The position numbers and the translations under genes are program-made. Of a stretch of 64,000 nucleotides of DNA, positions 50,023 through 63,066 are shown one piece after another. Location of the stretch: positions 115,322,001 through 115,386,000 of the forward strand of contig NC_058373.1 in the NCBI RefSeq assembly GCF_018350175.1. Direction: 5' to 3'. The DNA is from Felis catus. Its lineage: Eukaryota. Under the pieces are notes generated by a model, which saw only the letters and a program-made list of their open reading frames with translations, did not search any database and was not told the origin of the DNA. Position 1 is the first letter of the stretch; each line of letters begins with the position of its first letter.

Positions 50023-52489
50023 TGGGGTGGGGAGAATTTTATTTGGGGGAATTCTTCTTTCTAGCTTGTTTCTTTGAAATGTCCCTCTCCTCTTCCTCTC
50101 TGTCCCCCGCACTTTATACTCCCGTCTCCTAAAGCCCTCTATGGTGATGGATTGGTTTGCTCACTGGCCATTTATCTTTTTGCCTACTAGATTGTGGGCT
50201 CCTTGAGGGCAGGAACCCCATACTACCAGCTGCATCAAAAGAACTCAGCAGACAGAAACTTATTTTCCATCTCTGTATTCCCAGCACCCAACACTGCATC
50301 AAGTGCTGAATAACCATCTATTGGTAATGGCAGCAGCCAGCATTTCATCATAAATATGTGAGTTCCCTGTGTTCCGAATCATAGTATGCATTTACTCTAT
50401 GCAGTATGTAATTTTACTTTGACTAGTGTATGAAATATTGCCTTACAGCCTGAATGTGTAATAAACTACATCTGATAGCAGAGATTGGCTGATGTTCCTC
50501 CCTGCCTGTGGTAAGCGTCTCCAAGCAAATACAAATCCTCTGACAGACTTCACTTTGACTTTATGGACTGATACATCAAATTCTGACGTACAGAGTTCCC
50601 ACTGCAGTATCTGGGTGATGGAAAGTTTGGCTGTGGAGGGAGACAGCTTCTAGTTCAGGGTGCAGCATTGGGGAAACATGATTTCTGGCAAGGATTTATG
50701 TAAAAGCTTTTCAAAATTGTGACTGTATCTTTAATGAATGTTCAGTCCCTTATTTTTGTGAGGAGCTATTTTCCATTGGAAAACAATCTTGGGTTTTAAG
50801 TTCTGCTGTGTAAAAAGTTTCCAGAAAATGTCAGGGCATTTTCCAAGAGCACCCTAGGAGGTGGGAGCCGTTAAAACACTTAAAAAAAAAAAATCTGTAT
50901 TCTGATGGATGTTGGCCATTTAATTTGTTTTTCATTGATTCTTGGGCCAAAAAGAATTCCAGCTGGGTGTGAATAAGGATAGTGTGAGTGAGAGAGCAGT
51001 GGATTCTTGGTCTCACTCCCTGGGGAGGGAGCCACTGGGTTACTAGTCCAAGTGACACAATTGGAGACCAGATTTCTTTTCTTCACTCACAAATCAGTCA
51101 CCTCTTTGAACCAGGTTTCCCAACTTGGAGCAGATGGCTTCTTCCTGCTGTCTGATCATTTATTTGCCTCTGCTCTGTTTTTAGCTGTGTTTTTAGGGCT
51201 GATGTGGGGTAACTCCAGATAGAGCAGATTACCTCTGGGGAAGGGGGGCTTAAATGGGTTGGGCGTGCTGTAGGAGTAAGTCCCATTCAGGTGTTTTACA
51301 TAGACTCTCATTTATTTCAGCTAACAGTCCTACAAAGGGGACCGGTTATTACCCCCACTTATAGGCAAGCAAACTGAGAATTTAAGAAAAGTGCTCAGGG
51401 CCCCTAGGAAGGGACTGGATTTGTATCCAAGTCTGTCTGGTTACCAAGTCCTATGCCTTCCAGTACACGATGGTGCATTAATAGCACGTTATGGGTTCAG
51501 GTTACCCAGCACAGGTGAGTGGAAAGAAATCGTTGGGAAGAAACCTTTCTGAAGGTTTTTACTATATTTGAAGCATTAGGGTGGAGTTTGTGATGGCCAA
51601 GCGGGAGGCTTAAAGCTGGCAAAGCTTCTCTGGCACCTTCTGCCCACAAGACAGGCTCTGTTTATTTCATGCCAGCTAACGTGGAGGGTGCCTTAAATGA
51701 TTTATGTTTGAAAGATTTTTTTTTTTTTTGTCAACAAAAATACTCCTATTGCTATAAGCCTTGGATTCTCAGTTTGTTTAATAAACCAGGCAGAGTAGTT
51801 GCATAAGGTCAAGAGAGACAGACTGTGTTTACGCTGGGGAGGTGTCAAGTCAAACGCGCCCCCGGTCAGAATCCCCCCTGAAAAGATGGGTTTTCCATGG
51901 CCTGACTCTCAGGGATTAACCCTGGACATTCACGGCTTCAGGGCAGAGTGTCCTCTGGGAGGTCATCAGGGGTGACTAATAGGAAGCCTGAAACTGGGAA
52001 CTTTGGTGGGTAGGGGCCTGTGGTCTGTATTATCACCAGGGAGTTTCCGAGGACCGAGACTGTTCTGCACTATAGGTTGAAGACCGGTTGAAGACCGACG
52101 CGTGGAGCTGTATCCAGACTCTGTGTTACCCTGGGCGGGTCCTCAAGCCCCATGAGTTGGGCAGCTGCAAAGGCCAGTGGCAGGGAGTCACCATGGAACT
52201 TGTTGCTAATGTTTATGCAGTGGCCTCTATGGAGCTGCATACAGTATGTCTATTGTTCTGCATTTCAGGGGTGCCAGTTAGTGGCTGGTGTTAAAACGTG
52301 TTCAGGATTCGGATGGAGAGTCTTCTCTGCCTACCACTGCATTGGATTCTGGAGGGAAGTCCAGACGGTGTCTGGTCTCAGGGGGTGGGGGGAGAATAGA
52401 TTGGGGCAGACACGGAGACTGGGGCCCAGGGGGGGCATTCCAGGGAAGCCGTGCGGCCCGGGACTATTTTCCCGAGGGGCACTCATTTA

Positions 52490-53574
52490 AACTTTTTAAA
52501 AATTTATTTTTCAGTTTACACAGAGTAGATGAAATGCTTACTCTTTCTGGTGTGCAGTTCTGTAAGATTTGCCAAATGCATGGAGTTGTAAATCACCACG
52601 GTGAAGATACAGAACAGTTCTGTCACCCCCCAAATTCTCTTGTGTTGCTCCTTTTTTAAAAGTTTTACTTACTAGGGGCGCCTGGGTGGCGCAGTCGGTT
52701 AAGCGTCCGACTTCAGCCAGGTCACGATCTCGCGGTCCGTGAGTTCGAGCCCCGCGTCGGGCTCTGGGCTGATGGCTGGGAGCCCGGAGCCTGTTTCCGA
52801 TTCTGTGTCTCCCTCTCTCTCTGCCCCTCCCCCGTTCATGCTCTGTCTCTCTCTGTCCCAAAAATAAACATTGAAAAAAAAGTTTTAAAAAGTTTTACAT
52901 ACTTATTTATTATTCATAGAGAGAGAGAGAGAGTGTGTGTGTGTGTGCATGTGTGTGCACGCACTTGAAGGGAGGGACAGAGAGAGAGAATCCCAAGCAG
53001 GCTCCTCAGTGTCAGCGACGAGCCCGATGTGGGGCTCGAACCCACGCACCATGAGATTATGACCCCAGCTGAAATCAAGAGTCAGGAGTCCTGGGCACTC
53101 AACCCAATGAGCCACTTGGGTGCCCCCTGCGTTGCTCCTTTGAACGGACCCACCCTTCTTGAACTCCTGACAAACACTGGTCTTTTTTCTGTCCTTTTAG
53201 TTTTGCCTTTTCCAGAACGTTGTGTAAATGGAATTACGTGGTCTTTTGAGTGTGGCTTCTTTCCTGTGTTGTAGTACATCGAAGGTTCATTCGTGTTACT
53301 GCACGTATCAATTATGTATTCCTTTTTGTTGCTGAGTATGGGTTGTTTTCAGTGTTTAGAGATTATGGACAAAGCGGCTGGAAACATCCATGTGCAGGTT
53401 TCTGCGTAAACATGAGTTTTCACTTCTAGGAGTGGGATTGTTGGCTCATGAGTGAGTGAACACCTAACTTTATGAGAAATTGCCCAGTTCTTTTCCAGAG
53501 TGGCTGGACCATTTTGCATTCCCTTCATCAAGTGTGTGAGGTTCAAGCTGCTCTATATCCTCACCAGCGCTGGA

Positions 53575-53623
<49 letters not shown>

Positions 53624-53690
53624 CTTATATTTTTAGCATAGGTATGTGGCATCTTGTTGTGGTTTTAACTTGCATTTCTATGTCAACGTT
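52490..53690 (-). mobile_element. Old L1 (L1MB/MC-like) with two CAN-SINEs (+ 52675-52880, - 52900-53128) and a (TG)n(CG)n tract
   Basis: tgtaaatcaccac...gttttgccttttccagaacgttgtgtaaatggaat...taggagtgggattgttggctc; SINE bodies visible. Confidence 0.8.
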
Positions 53691-54775
53691 TTGCACCTTG
53701 TTTCCAAATGAGGTTACATATACAGTCACAATTTTTGGGATTGAAAAAAGCAAATAGCACAATGGTATTAAATTATATTTTCGTATGTGGGAAACCCTGC
53801 CCCCGCCCCCCCAACTTGTGAAGTGTATATACTTAAAATGTAACACAATTTTGGTAACCTTGTTTTGGCTTTCCCTATTTTCATATACCCTGAGCCTGCA
53901 GCATTTAGAAATGGTGTCTGGCTACGATTACAGGTACTGAACTATAGGCGAGGTTTAATTATGTCCGGATTTATTCTCTTGTGCAAAGAAATTCTAGACG
54001 CATGGTGGTTTTAAAAGCACGAGGGACCTAGCTTCTTCTGTCTTTCTTTGCCACCATCCTTCGATGGTGGCTTCCTTTCCCAAGGTCACAGATAGTTTTT
54101 AGAGCTCTGGCTATCACAGTACCTTCCACGCAGGAGAGAGGGAATGGGGAATGGAGAATGGCTCTTTCAGCTTTTCCCCATGCCTCAGGAACGTGCATTT
54201 ATGTCTTCACCTTCCTCGTTGTATCCCTGCTCAGGCCTTCGTTGATCTGTATCCTTCAGGCCTGGGAACTACTTTCTGTCTAGGAGAAATATCCAGACTT
54301 TCACCTGGGACCTGTTTATTTTCAGTTAAAACACAGTTTGAACGAGTCCTTTACTTTTGCTCATTTGGAAATTGGAAGCCTCGAATTGGAAGCCTGAGAA
54401 AATTGGAGGCGGGACGGCCAACGGCTTGCCTGTGGGGACACTGATCACTGACAGTTTGACAATGAAGGGAGAGGCAGAACAAACCCAAGGGATAGCCGAA
54501 GGCTAGCTAGGGCAGGGGCAGACAGCTGTGTGTGTCTGGCACCTGGATTGTGTACCTGGAGGGTAGGCTTGCTGTGTAACAAAATAGTTTCTGTATCTTT
54601 CCTTTCTATGAGACTGTATCTCCCTCCCCCCAACCCCAGGGCAGGAACATGGTAGCTTGTACTTGTGTATCCAACGTTTTCTTTACCTATACATGAAAAT
54701 TATGTACTTTTTGCCAGCTTTCTAGGAAGACCAAATAAAGTGAAATAAGACTGGATGCTTTGCAGAACATAGAGT

Positions 54776-55220
54776 TAGGGCGGCCAAATAAAACATAGGA
54801 CACCTGTTAACTTTGAATTTCAGATAAACAATGTTTTTTGTTCATTTTTAGTATGAGTATGTCCCTAATAGTGCATGGGATATACCTGCTTTTGTTTGTT
54901 TTGTTTTGTTTGTTTATTTTTATTTTTTTATTTTTTTTATTTTTTGAGAGAGAGAGAGCTCACCAGCAGGGGAGGAGCAGAGAGAGAAGGAGAGAGAGAA
55001 TCTCAAGCAGGCTCTGCACCCTCAGCGTGGAGCCTGACATGGGGCTCGGACCCATAAACTGAGAGATCGTGACGAGCTGAAACCAAGAGTTGGACGCTTA
55101 ACTTAATGAGCCACCTAGGCGCCCTGGGATATACTTATATTAAAAATATGTTCACTGCTTATCTGAAATTCATACTAACTAGGCATTCGTTATTTTTATT
55201 TGTTAAAGCTGGTAACCCTA
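54776..55220. mobile_element. MER53-like MITE interrupted at its centre by a CAN-SINE (~54890-55124, minus)
   Basis: TAGGG...GGTAACCCTA termini; SINE TSD TGGGATATAC. Confidence 0.78.
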
Positions 55221-55514
55221 CTTGGAGCACGTGGGTGTCTGGAGAAGGCCCTGATTACCTTCCGGCCTGACGTAGCTGGAGGGATAGAATAGATTTTAAT
55301 GAAACACACGCAGACTTGGCACAATGGTAGAAAGTTTGTTGACCTAATTTTGCTCTGAGTGTGGGACTTCGGATGCCCTTCTGGAGCAGGGAAAAGAAGT
55401 TTCCCTTTTCACAGCAGCTAGTAAGCTAATTGAATATAGCGTCGCTCAGGTTGAAGAGATGTAGGGATGACATGGGGTTTGTTATCTCTTTGGCTACTCC
55501 CTCGCCTGTTTAGA

Positions 55515-55905
55515 GAATTTTTTTTTTAATTTTTAATTTTATTTATTTTTAAAATTCACATCCAAGTTAGTTAGCATATAGTGCAACAGTGATTTCAGGA
55601 GTAGATTCCTTAGTGCCCCTTACCCATTGAGCCCATTCCCCCCTCCCACACCCCCTCCATTAACCCTCTGTTTGTTCTCCATATTTATGAGTCTCTTCTG
55701 TTTTGTCCCCTTCCCTGTTTTTATATTATTTTTGCTTACCTTCCCTTATGTTCATCTGTTTTGTCTCTTAAAGTCCTCATATGAGTGAAGTCATATAATA
55801 TTTGTCTTTTTCGGACTAATTTCACTTAGCATTATACCCTCCAGTTCCATCCACGTAGTTGCGAATGGCAAGATTTCATTCTTTTTGATTGCCGAGTAAT
55901 ACCCC

Positions 55906-55955
<50 letters not shown>

Positions 55956-56217
55956 TGTGTATGTATGTGTGTGTATATATATATATACACATATATGTGT
56001 ATATATATATACATATATGTGGTATATATATGTGTATATATATATACCACATCTTCTTTATCCATTCATCCGTGGATGGACATTTGGGCTCTTTCCATAC
56101 TTTGGCCATTGTTGATAGTGCTGCTATAAACATGGGGGTGCATGTGTCCCTTCGAAACAGCACACCTGTATCCCTTGGATAAGTACCTACTAGTGCAATT
56201 GCTGGGTTGTAGGGTCC
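55515..56217 (-). mobile_element. 5'-truncated felid/carnivore L1 (~700 bp) with TSD and internal (TG)/(TA) microsatellite
   Basis: TSD AGAGAATTTTT at 55512 and 56218; ORF2 end PAIALVGTYPRDTGVLFRRDTCTPMFIAALSTMAKVWKEPKCPSTDEWIKKMWY. Confidence 0.9.
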
Positions 56218-56379
56218 AGAGAATTTTTTCGAGTTGTGTATGCTTTCTTTGAATATCTGTTTATGCGTTTGGACCAAGAATTAGAACAGGAAAGCTCAGT
56301 TCACTGCAGAGTCATGAATAGGACCCTCTCGATGTGAGCACAATAGGCCAATGTTGACATGTTTGGGGCTTCCTCTAAG

Positions 56380-56560
56380 CCAGTGGTTCTCCACATGTGG
56401 TCCCTGGACCAGCACCATCAGTACCACCTAGAAAGTTGTTAGAAATGTAAATTTGGGCCCTACCTCAGACCCACTGAATCAGAAACTCCTAGTGTTAGGC
56501 CCAACAGTCCGTTTTTAACAAGTTCTGGAGGTGTCTGATGCACGGTAAGGATTGAGAAGC
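56380..56560. mobile_element. MER5A-like hAT MITE
   Basis: cagtggttctccacatgtggtccctggaccagc...actgaatcagaaactc...ttgagaagc. Confidence 0.75.
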
Positions 56561-56591
56561 ATGGCTGTAAATTGAGAAGGTGGCTGTAAAT

Positions 56592-56817
56592 CAGGGGTAG
56601 GCAAACTTTTTTTTTTTTTTTTGGTAAAGGACCAGATAGCAAATGCTTTAGGCTTGGGGGCCATAGGGTCTCTACTAACTCAACTCCGCCACGGTGGTGC
56701 AAAAGGCGCTACGGACGAGATGTGCACGGACGGGCGTGGCTCTGTTTCAAAGTTAAGTACAGCTTTCGATGACAGAAACAGGGAGCTGGGCCAGACGTAG
56801 TAGCTCCCTGACCCCTG
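56592..56817. mobile_element. MER58A-like hAT MITE
   Basis: CAGGGGTAGGCAAAC...gtaaagg accagatag...CTGACCCCTG. Confidence 0.75.
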
Positions 56818-56849
56818 CGACAACGAAGATACCCGCAGAGTAGTCAGAC

Positions 56850-58070
56850 TTGCTTGTCACTTGTCTCTTCTATTCATTGAGAGATGGGAAGTGCTCTTAA
56901 ACAGCGAGTCAGACGTGAGAGATACCAGAGGGAGGAAGCCAAACAAAACAGAGCCGCCGGGTCTGGTGAAGTCGTTGCCGTCATTAGAGGAGGCTCCCTC
57001 TCAACCGGCCGGGTGACTAGGGTGTCTCTGTCCACCTGTGAGCCCTACCCTGTTTCCAGCTGTAATGCTCACTAATGAGATCGTCCTGACTGTTCTCACC
57101 GGCAGTTCGCTCCCGTGTGTCCCTAGTGCCACCTGGCAGTCCTGCTCTGTTTCTCTCACCGGGAGACTGGTCTACACATTCTCCTCTCAACCCCCAGCAC
57201 GTCTTTCTCCCTCCTTGCACTTGGCTCACGGCCTTCATCCCCTTTCATCGAGAAACCAGAGGCAAGAGAGGAGCATTTCCTCAGGCTGCCGTCCCGGTAT
57301 CTCTGAACCTACTCGTTTGTGGCCTCAGGACTCTGTCCCCCTGTCCCAGCAGATGAGCTGCCGAACCAAACCCTCTACTTTTGCACCAGACCTCATCTCT
57401 TCCCGCCTCCTTGAGGACATTCCTTTCACAACCGCCTCCCTGCATTCTGTATCACTATTCACCCCCCATCATTCCCTTGGTGTCAAAACTGCTGTAAGTT
57501 CTCCCACGTATCCTCGCCACCCCATTACTCTGCTGCCTCTGACAGCAAAACTCTCGGGAAGGGTCGCCTGTACGTGCTTGTCATCTCACAGTGGCTTCCA
57601 AAGGCCCCTGTGATGCCTTCCTCTGCTGCCTCTCTGATCTGACCTCCTGATGCTGCCTCTTTGGTCCAGCTGCTCTGGCTTCCTTACTGTTCCCTGAGCA
57701 CTCCAGGTACAGTCCCTCCTCGGGGCCTTTACACCTGCCCTTCCCTTTGTATGGAATGTTCTCTCGCCAGATAACCAAATAGCTCATTCCTTCACTTCCT
57801 TCAGACTTCTGCTCAGATGTCACCTTCCAAAGAGATTCTTCCCTGACCAACTCGTGTGTAAGAACTGCCATCCCCCGACCTCCTTGTACCTTTACTTTTT
57901 GTCTGCTTTACTTTTCTCCCTAGCATCCCCATCTGCCGGATTATGTATTTTCCTGTTTATTATCAGCTGTGTCCTTCCAGTGGAATGGAAGCTTCATGGC
58001 CGCCGGCATCCCGGTGCCTGGAACAGAGCCTGAGCTTGAGAACAGACAGAAGCTTGTGGAATGAACGAAC
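56850..58070 (+). mobile_element. L2 LINE remnant
   Basis: Pyrimidine-rich L2 body; ...ctgctcagatgtcaccttcc...tgcctggaacag...gaatgaacgaac tail. Confidence 0.7.
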
Positions 58071-58094
58071 GCCCCCTTCTCAGACTAACTTAAA

Positions 58095-58425
58095 CTTTAT
58101 TGTAACCCCCGGTTTGATTGAGATAAAATTGACCTACAGCACCGTGAAGTTTAAGTTGTACAGCATAATGGTTTGAGTTCTATATACTGCGGAACCATCA
58201 GCCCAGTAACATTTAGTTAACATCCATCCCCTCATATTGATACAAAAAATGTTTCTTTTTTCCTTTGTGATGAGAACTTTGGGGATCTCTTCCTTTAGCA
58301 ACTCTCAAGCGCACCAAGCAGCAGCGTCAGCTTTGGCTGTCATGTTCATGTCACGTCTCCAGGACTTAGTTGTTTTGTGTCTGGAAGCTTGTACTTTTTG
58401 GCCACCTTCATCCAATTCCCTCCAT
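58095..58425 (-). mobile_element. L1MA-like 3' end
   Basis: ttgagataaaattgacctacagc...gtgatgagaactttgggatct. Confidence 0.7.
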
Positions 58426-58505
58426 GTTTAGTTTTTTTTTTTTTTAAACTTTAAAAAATCACAATAATGCTTTTCCCAGACACATTTAGAAGGAGCCTCA
58501 GTTTA

Positions 58506-58960
58506 GGGGCGCCTGGGTGGCTGAGTCATTTAAGCATCCGACTTCAGCTCGTCACGATCTCACAGTTCGTGGGTTCGAGCCCCGCATCGGGCTCTGTGCT
58601 GACAGCTCAGAGCCCGGAGCCTGCTTCAGATTCTGTGTCTCCCTCCCTCTCTGCCCCTCCCCTGCTCACACTCTGTCTCTCTCAAAAATAAATAAACTTA
58701 AAAAAATAAGCATACGTGATTTATTAATCATTGAAAAGTAGGATAGCAGGGTGCCTGGGTGGCTTAGTCAGTTAAGCGTCTGACTTCAGTTCAGGTCATG
58801 ATCTCACTGTCTGTGAGTTTGAGCCCTGCATCAGGCTCTGTGCTGACAGCTCAGAGCCTGGAGCCCGCTTCGGATTCTGTGTCTCCCTATCTCTCTATTC
58901 CTCCCCCACTCATGCTCTTTCTTTCTCTCTGTCAAAAATAAATAAACATGAAAAAAAAAA
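58506..58960 (+). mobile_element. Two CAN-SINEs plus a 39-bp spacer within a single TSD pair
   Basis: See finding; flanks AGAAGGAGCCTCAGTTT / AGAAGAAACCTCAGTTT. Confidence 0.8.
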
Positions 58961-59689
58961 AGAAGAAACCTCAGTTTGTAGGACAGATATCCAACGATAT
59001 TAGAATTCATCCAATGGTAGTCTTGTTTAGTTGTCTTTCCTGTGAAGTGTTGAGAAAGTCCTGATTAACATTGCGATAGCAGAATACTCATGAGTTGAAC
59101 TGACCCAGAAATTTTAAAGGAAGGGTAGTCAGATATTTTTATTTCAAAGTGGAATTATTAGCAGCACTTAACAACTGGTTGTTTCTTATTGCATGAGTGT
59201 GGGAGCACACACAAGCCATCAGGGAAGAAGGGTCCAGATTTATAATGTCTTAAACTGTTACTAATGGGCTATTACTATGATGCAATAAGTTACACAGTCA
59301 TGGGCTCTTAAACAATTGATGCATGATGACAGTAGCTGCTGAGTATGTGCCTGAGCATTTGAATGTGGTTTACACGTGCTGCTGTAGGAAACACTACTTG
59401 ATTCTAGAATTTGACAGGAACAGACATGTGCAGCCTGAATTTTAAAAAGCAAAACAAAACACATAAAGCCGCAGCTTCTTCATTAATCAACGAATGGCGT
59501 ATTTAGAAAACAAACATTTAAATAGACACACAGAGATGGCCTGGGAGAAGTTTTGTTCCTGAGTGTTGTGCAAACACCTTGGGAGCACATGGCAGTGTAT
59601 TTGGGAGCACAGCGCAACTCATCGGCAGGCTGCAGCGTGTTAACATTTGGACTTGGGATGCATCAGTTGGCCATTGAAAAAATGGTTTT

Positions 59690-59890
59690 AGGGGCACCTG
59701 GGTGGCTCAGTCACTTAAGCGTCCAACTCTTGATTGCAGCTCAGGTCATGATTTCATGGTTGTGGGATCGAGCCCCGCATCTGGCCCTGCTGTGCTGGCA
59801 GTGTGGAGCCTGCTTCGGAGTCTCTCTCTTCCTCTCTCTCTCTGCCCCTCTCCCACTTGCACATGCTCTCTCTCAAAAAAAGAAACATGA
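59690..59890 (+). mobile_element. CAN-SINE
   Basis: Full head, (CT)n tract, A tail. Confidence 0.88.
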
Positions 59891-60229
59891 AAAATAGTTT
59901 TTTAAAACAGATTCTTCAAACTTACACTCTCTTAAGCTTTTTTTTTTTTTTTTTTAAATAGCAAATACTGTTTTTTGGTGTCTATATGAAGAAAATCTAC
60001 TGAGCAGGATGCTGGAGGTCAGTGAACTCGTGTGTCTTTTCCAAAGAGCCGTTAGGAATGATTCCAAAGACAATTTCTAAGCACACGGTAGCCACTCAGT
60101 TAATGAATGTTAGATGTTGAAGGAACACAGCAGAAGTCAGAAAGGGAGCAAATATGCAGTGTCTTCTTTAAAAAATAAAACCTTGCCTCACCCACCCCCC
60201 TTCTCCCTATATGATGTGATTTTGACCGT

Positions 60230-60470
60230 GAACCCTAGGGTCAGATGGGCTGGATTCCATTCCTGGCACCATCACTTACCAGGTGGCGACCTTGGCCAAG
60301 TCACAGAACTTCCCTGTGCCTCAGTTTCTTCTTCTCTAAAATCTATTTAAAAATACCTATTTAAAAATCTATTTTCACAGGACTGTTTTGAGGGTTAAAT
60401 GAATTAACGTATTAAAACACCTAGAATAATGCCAGGCAATGAGAAAAAAATGTGTGCCATCATTACCATT
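60230..60470 (+). mobile_element. MIR SINE
   Basis: gaccttggccaagtcac...ctgtgcctcagtttc...gagggttaaatga. Confidence 0.75.
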
Positions 60471-61134
60471 ATTATGATGATGATGAGAGATGATGGTTTT
60501 CATAGCTGCCCATCGGGCAGAAACCACAGGACATTGAGCTGAGGACGAAGATTCTCTGTCCTTTTTGAACTTGTAGATTTTGGAGTGCTTCAGGCGATTC
60601 TCAGGACATCAGACACACCCAAGCAAATGATGCAAGGGTGAGGACACATCCTCTTTCTGGCAATGTGAATCAGCAGTGGCGTTGTGGGGGTCTCTGATTC
60701 CTGCTTCTCTGGAGATTAAGGCATAGATTTTCTTTGCTGTTGCTTCTCGGGGCACACCCCCCCCGGGATGGGGTGCCTAAGTGCTGATTTAGGGTTGTTT
60801 TTTGTAGAAGGGGATAGAATCTTCTTTCCCATGGGGCTGATTTCCCATTGGGAAACTCTGTGGTTGCCTCTTACAGCCAGATCGGGCCTATGGGAAGAGC
60901 TGGACTAAGCAAACTTCTCCCATTCTGGGACAGAGAGGATGCTTAGAAACCTGGGTGTTTCCTGTGGAGGGTGAAGAATGGCACCCATCTCCCTGGTGCA
61001 GCCCTTCCTGCCCCCTTGTCCGATCTGGACTCTGCCTCCCCAGCATTGTGTCTCCTTGTCCAGCTTATGTCCCACCCAAGAGGCAAGTTATTTCCCACAC
61101 AGACCCTGGATCTTTGCCTTCTGTACGTTTTCCC

Positions 61135-61202
61135 CTAATGTTTATTTATTTGTTTGAGAGAAAGAGAGAGAGATAGAGAGAGCACACAAGTGAGAGGGGA
61201 GG

Positions 61203-61246
<44 letters not shown>

Positions 61247-61372
61247 CCCAAGCAGGCTATGCACTGTCAGCACAGAGCCCATGCAGGGCTCGATTCCAAG
61301 AACCGAGAGATCATGACCTGAGCCAAAATCAAGAGTCAGACACTTAACTGACTGAGCCACCCAGGAGCCTCA
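61135..61372 (-). mobile_element. CAN-SINE
   Basis: SINE body with an expanded (GA)n tract. Confidence 0.88.
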
Positions 61373-61786
61373 GCTTTCTGTACTTTAAAAAATACTGATT
61401 TTTATTTTTACCACAGGAATTATTACTATTACTGTTTACTGAGACCTAGAAGGTGCAAGGCACATGCAATATCCTAATATACCTGTGATTATTTACATTT
61501 CCTGGACATGCAGAGGAAACATATTAAATGTGACCTAAGCCCAAGGTCACTTGGCTTGTGAATGTACGGCTGGGCTTGCAACTCTGACCATGATCGCAGA
61601 TCGTATCCTCTTCCCTCATCGTTGTCAAAGCTGAACTCGGGATGGGGTACGCCTGAGACCTGCAGGGAAACCTGCTTTGTTCACGCTCCTGGCTTTGGCA
61701 AAGTCAGCGGAAACCTGGCAGAAGTGTGTTTTTCAAAACGTGTGTTTTTATTACACAGTTATTCAATATAGGTTTGTAGAAGTATC

Positions 61787-62003
61787 GGGGCACCTGGGTG
61801 GCTCAGTCGGTTAAGTGTCCAACTTCAGTTCAGGTCACGATCTCGCGGTCCGTGAGTTCGAGCCCCGCATCGGGCTCTGGGCTGATGGCTCAGAGCCTGG
61901 AGCCTGTTTCAGATTCTGTGTCTCCCTCTCTCTCTGCCCCTCCCCCGTTCATGCTCTGTCTCTCTCTGTCTCAAAAATAAATAAAACGTTAAAAAAAAAA
62001 AAG
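61787..62003 (+). mobile_element. CAN-SINE
   Basis: TSD AGAAGTAT. Confidence 0.9.
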
Positions 62004-63066
62004 AAGTATTATCCAATATAGAAGTAGTATAACCATCTGTACGAAATCATCCTATTAAGATAACTACCGTGTGCATGTGCGCACATGTGTGCACATGTAT
62101 GCACACACACACACACATACACACACCCCACATCCTATCTTTACCGTCAAGGTGGCTTTCTGCCACATCCCTAGTCTCCCGGGAGGTATGGGTCTCTTTC
62201 CTTGGTGGCTGCCAAGGCTGTTGGCATGGAGTGGATTCGGTTTAAGGGACCCCCTCAGAGCGAAGCCCAGAGCCTTTAGCGGGGATTGGACCCACAGGCA
62301 GAAGGACAGTGAGCTGTGAAGGCCCCTGGGCCCTTATATGCTGTCGTGGGAAGCTCTTTGTGGGATTGGCTTCTCCAGGGCTTTGCCACGATCGACTCTT
62401 TGTGAATGAATGAACCCTAATGTGCTGATTCTGGATACGGTGAGTGTGGTTGCTGGCTCTGTGCTTGCCACCCACCTGGCTGTCGGTTTTATGGATATGC
62501 AGATTAGACAGGTGCAGATGAGCTATGGGAGCCCTCCCTGGGAGCAGGCAGCACATCAACATCATTATTGATGAAAGGCCGTTGCTGGGACTGGGACGCA
62601 CAGTCCTAATTCCTGTGCTGAGACATCGCGACAGCCTCCCGCCACGTGCACACGATGCGCCCTGCCCCAAGTGCCATTGCTCTGTCCTCCCAGGTCCGTT
62701 GCACTATTCATCCAGCTGTGAACCAGACACAGCCAGGTGAGGATACAATGATGAGAGCAAAATGGACATGGCCAGTGCTCTCGTAGATTTTCCATCTGCG
62801 GGGAGGGGCAGACAATCACACAGATAAAATCCAGCTTCAGAGTGGGCACTGCTTGGCCCTGCCGCTGTGACCCACCTGGAAGGTCGGGGGGGGGGGCAGC
62901 GAGGGCTTCCCTGAGGGTGCGATGCTCCAGTGGGGTGTGGAGGGGCAGGAGGAGGACTTGCGTGGGTGAAGGGAAGGGAGGCATTGTAGCCAGAGGGCAT
63001 GGACGGGACAGACAGGGATAGGCTTGGTGGCTGCAGGTGAGCGGTTGAAATTCTCCCCATTCTTTT

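Noticed and set aside
57124..57139. Minus-strand CTCF-like motif CTGCCAGGTGGCACTA, convergent with the 17383 site
   Set aside because: Mismatch at a highly conserved core C and located in L2; too weak to propose a loop.
57038..57613. 191-aa ORF
   Set aside because: Lies in an L2 remnant; Ser/Pro-rich, no domain and no splice support.
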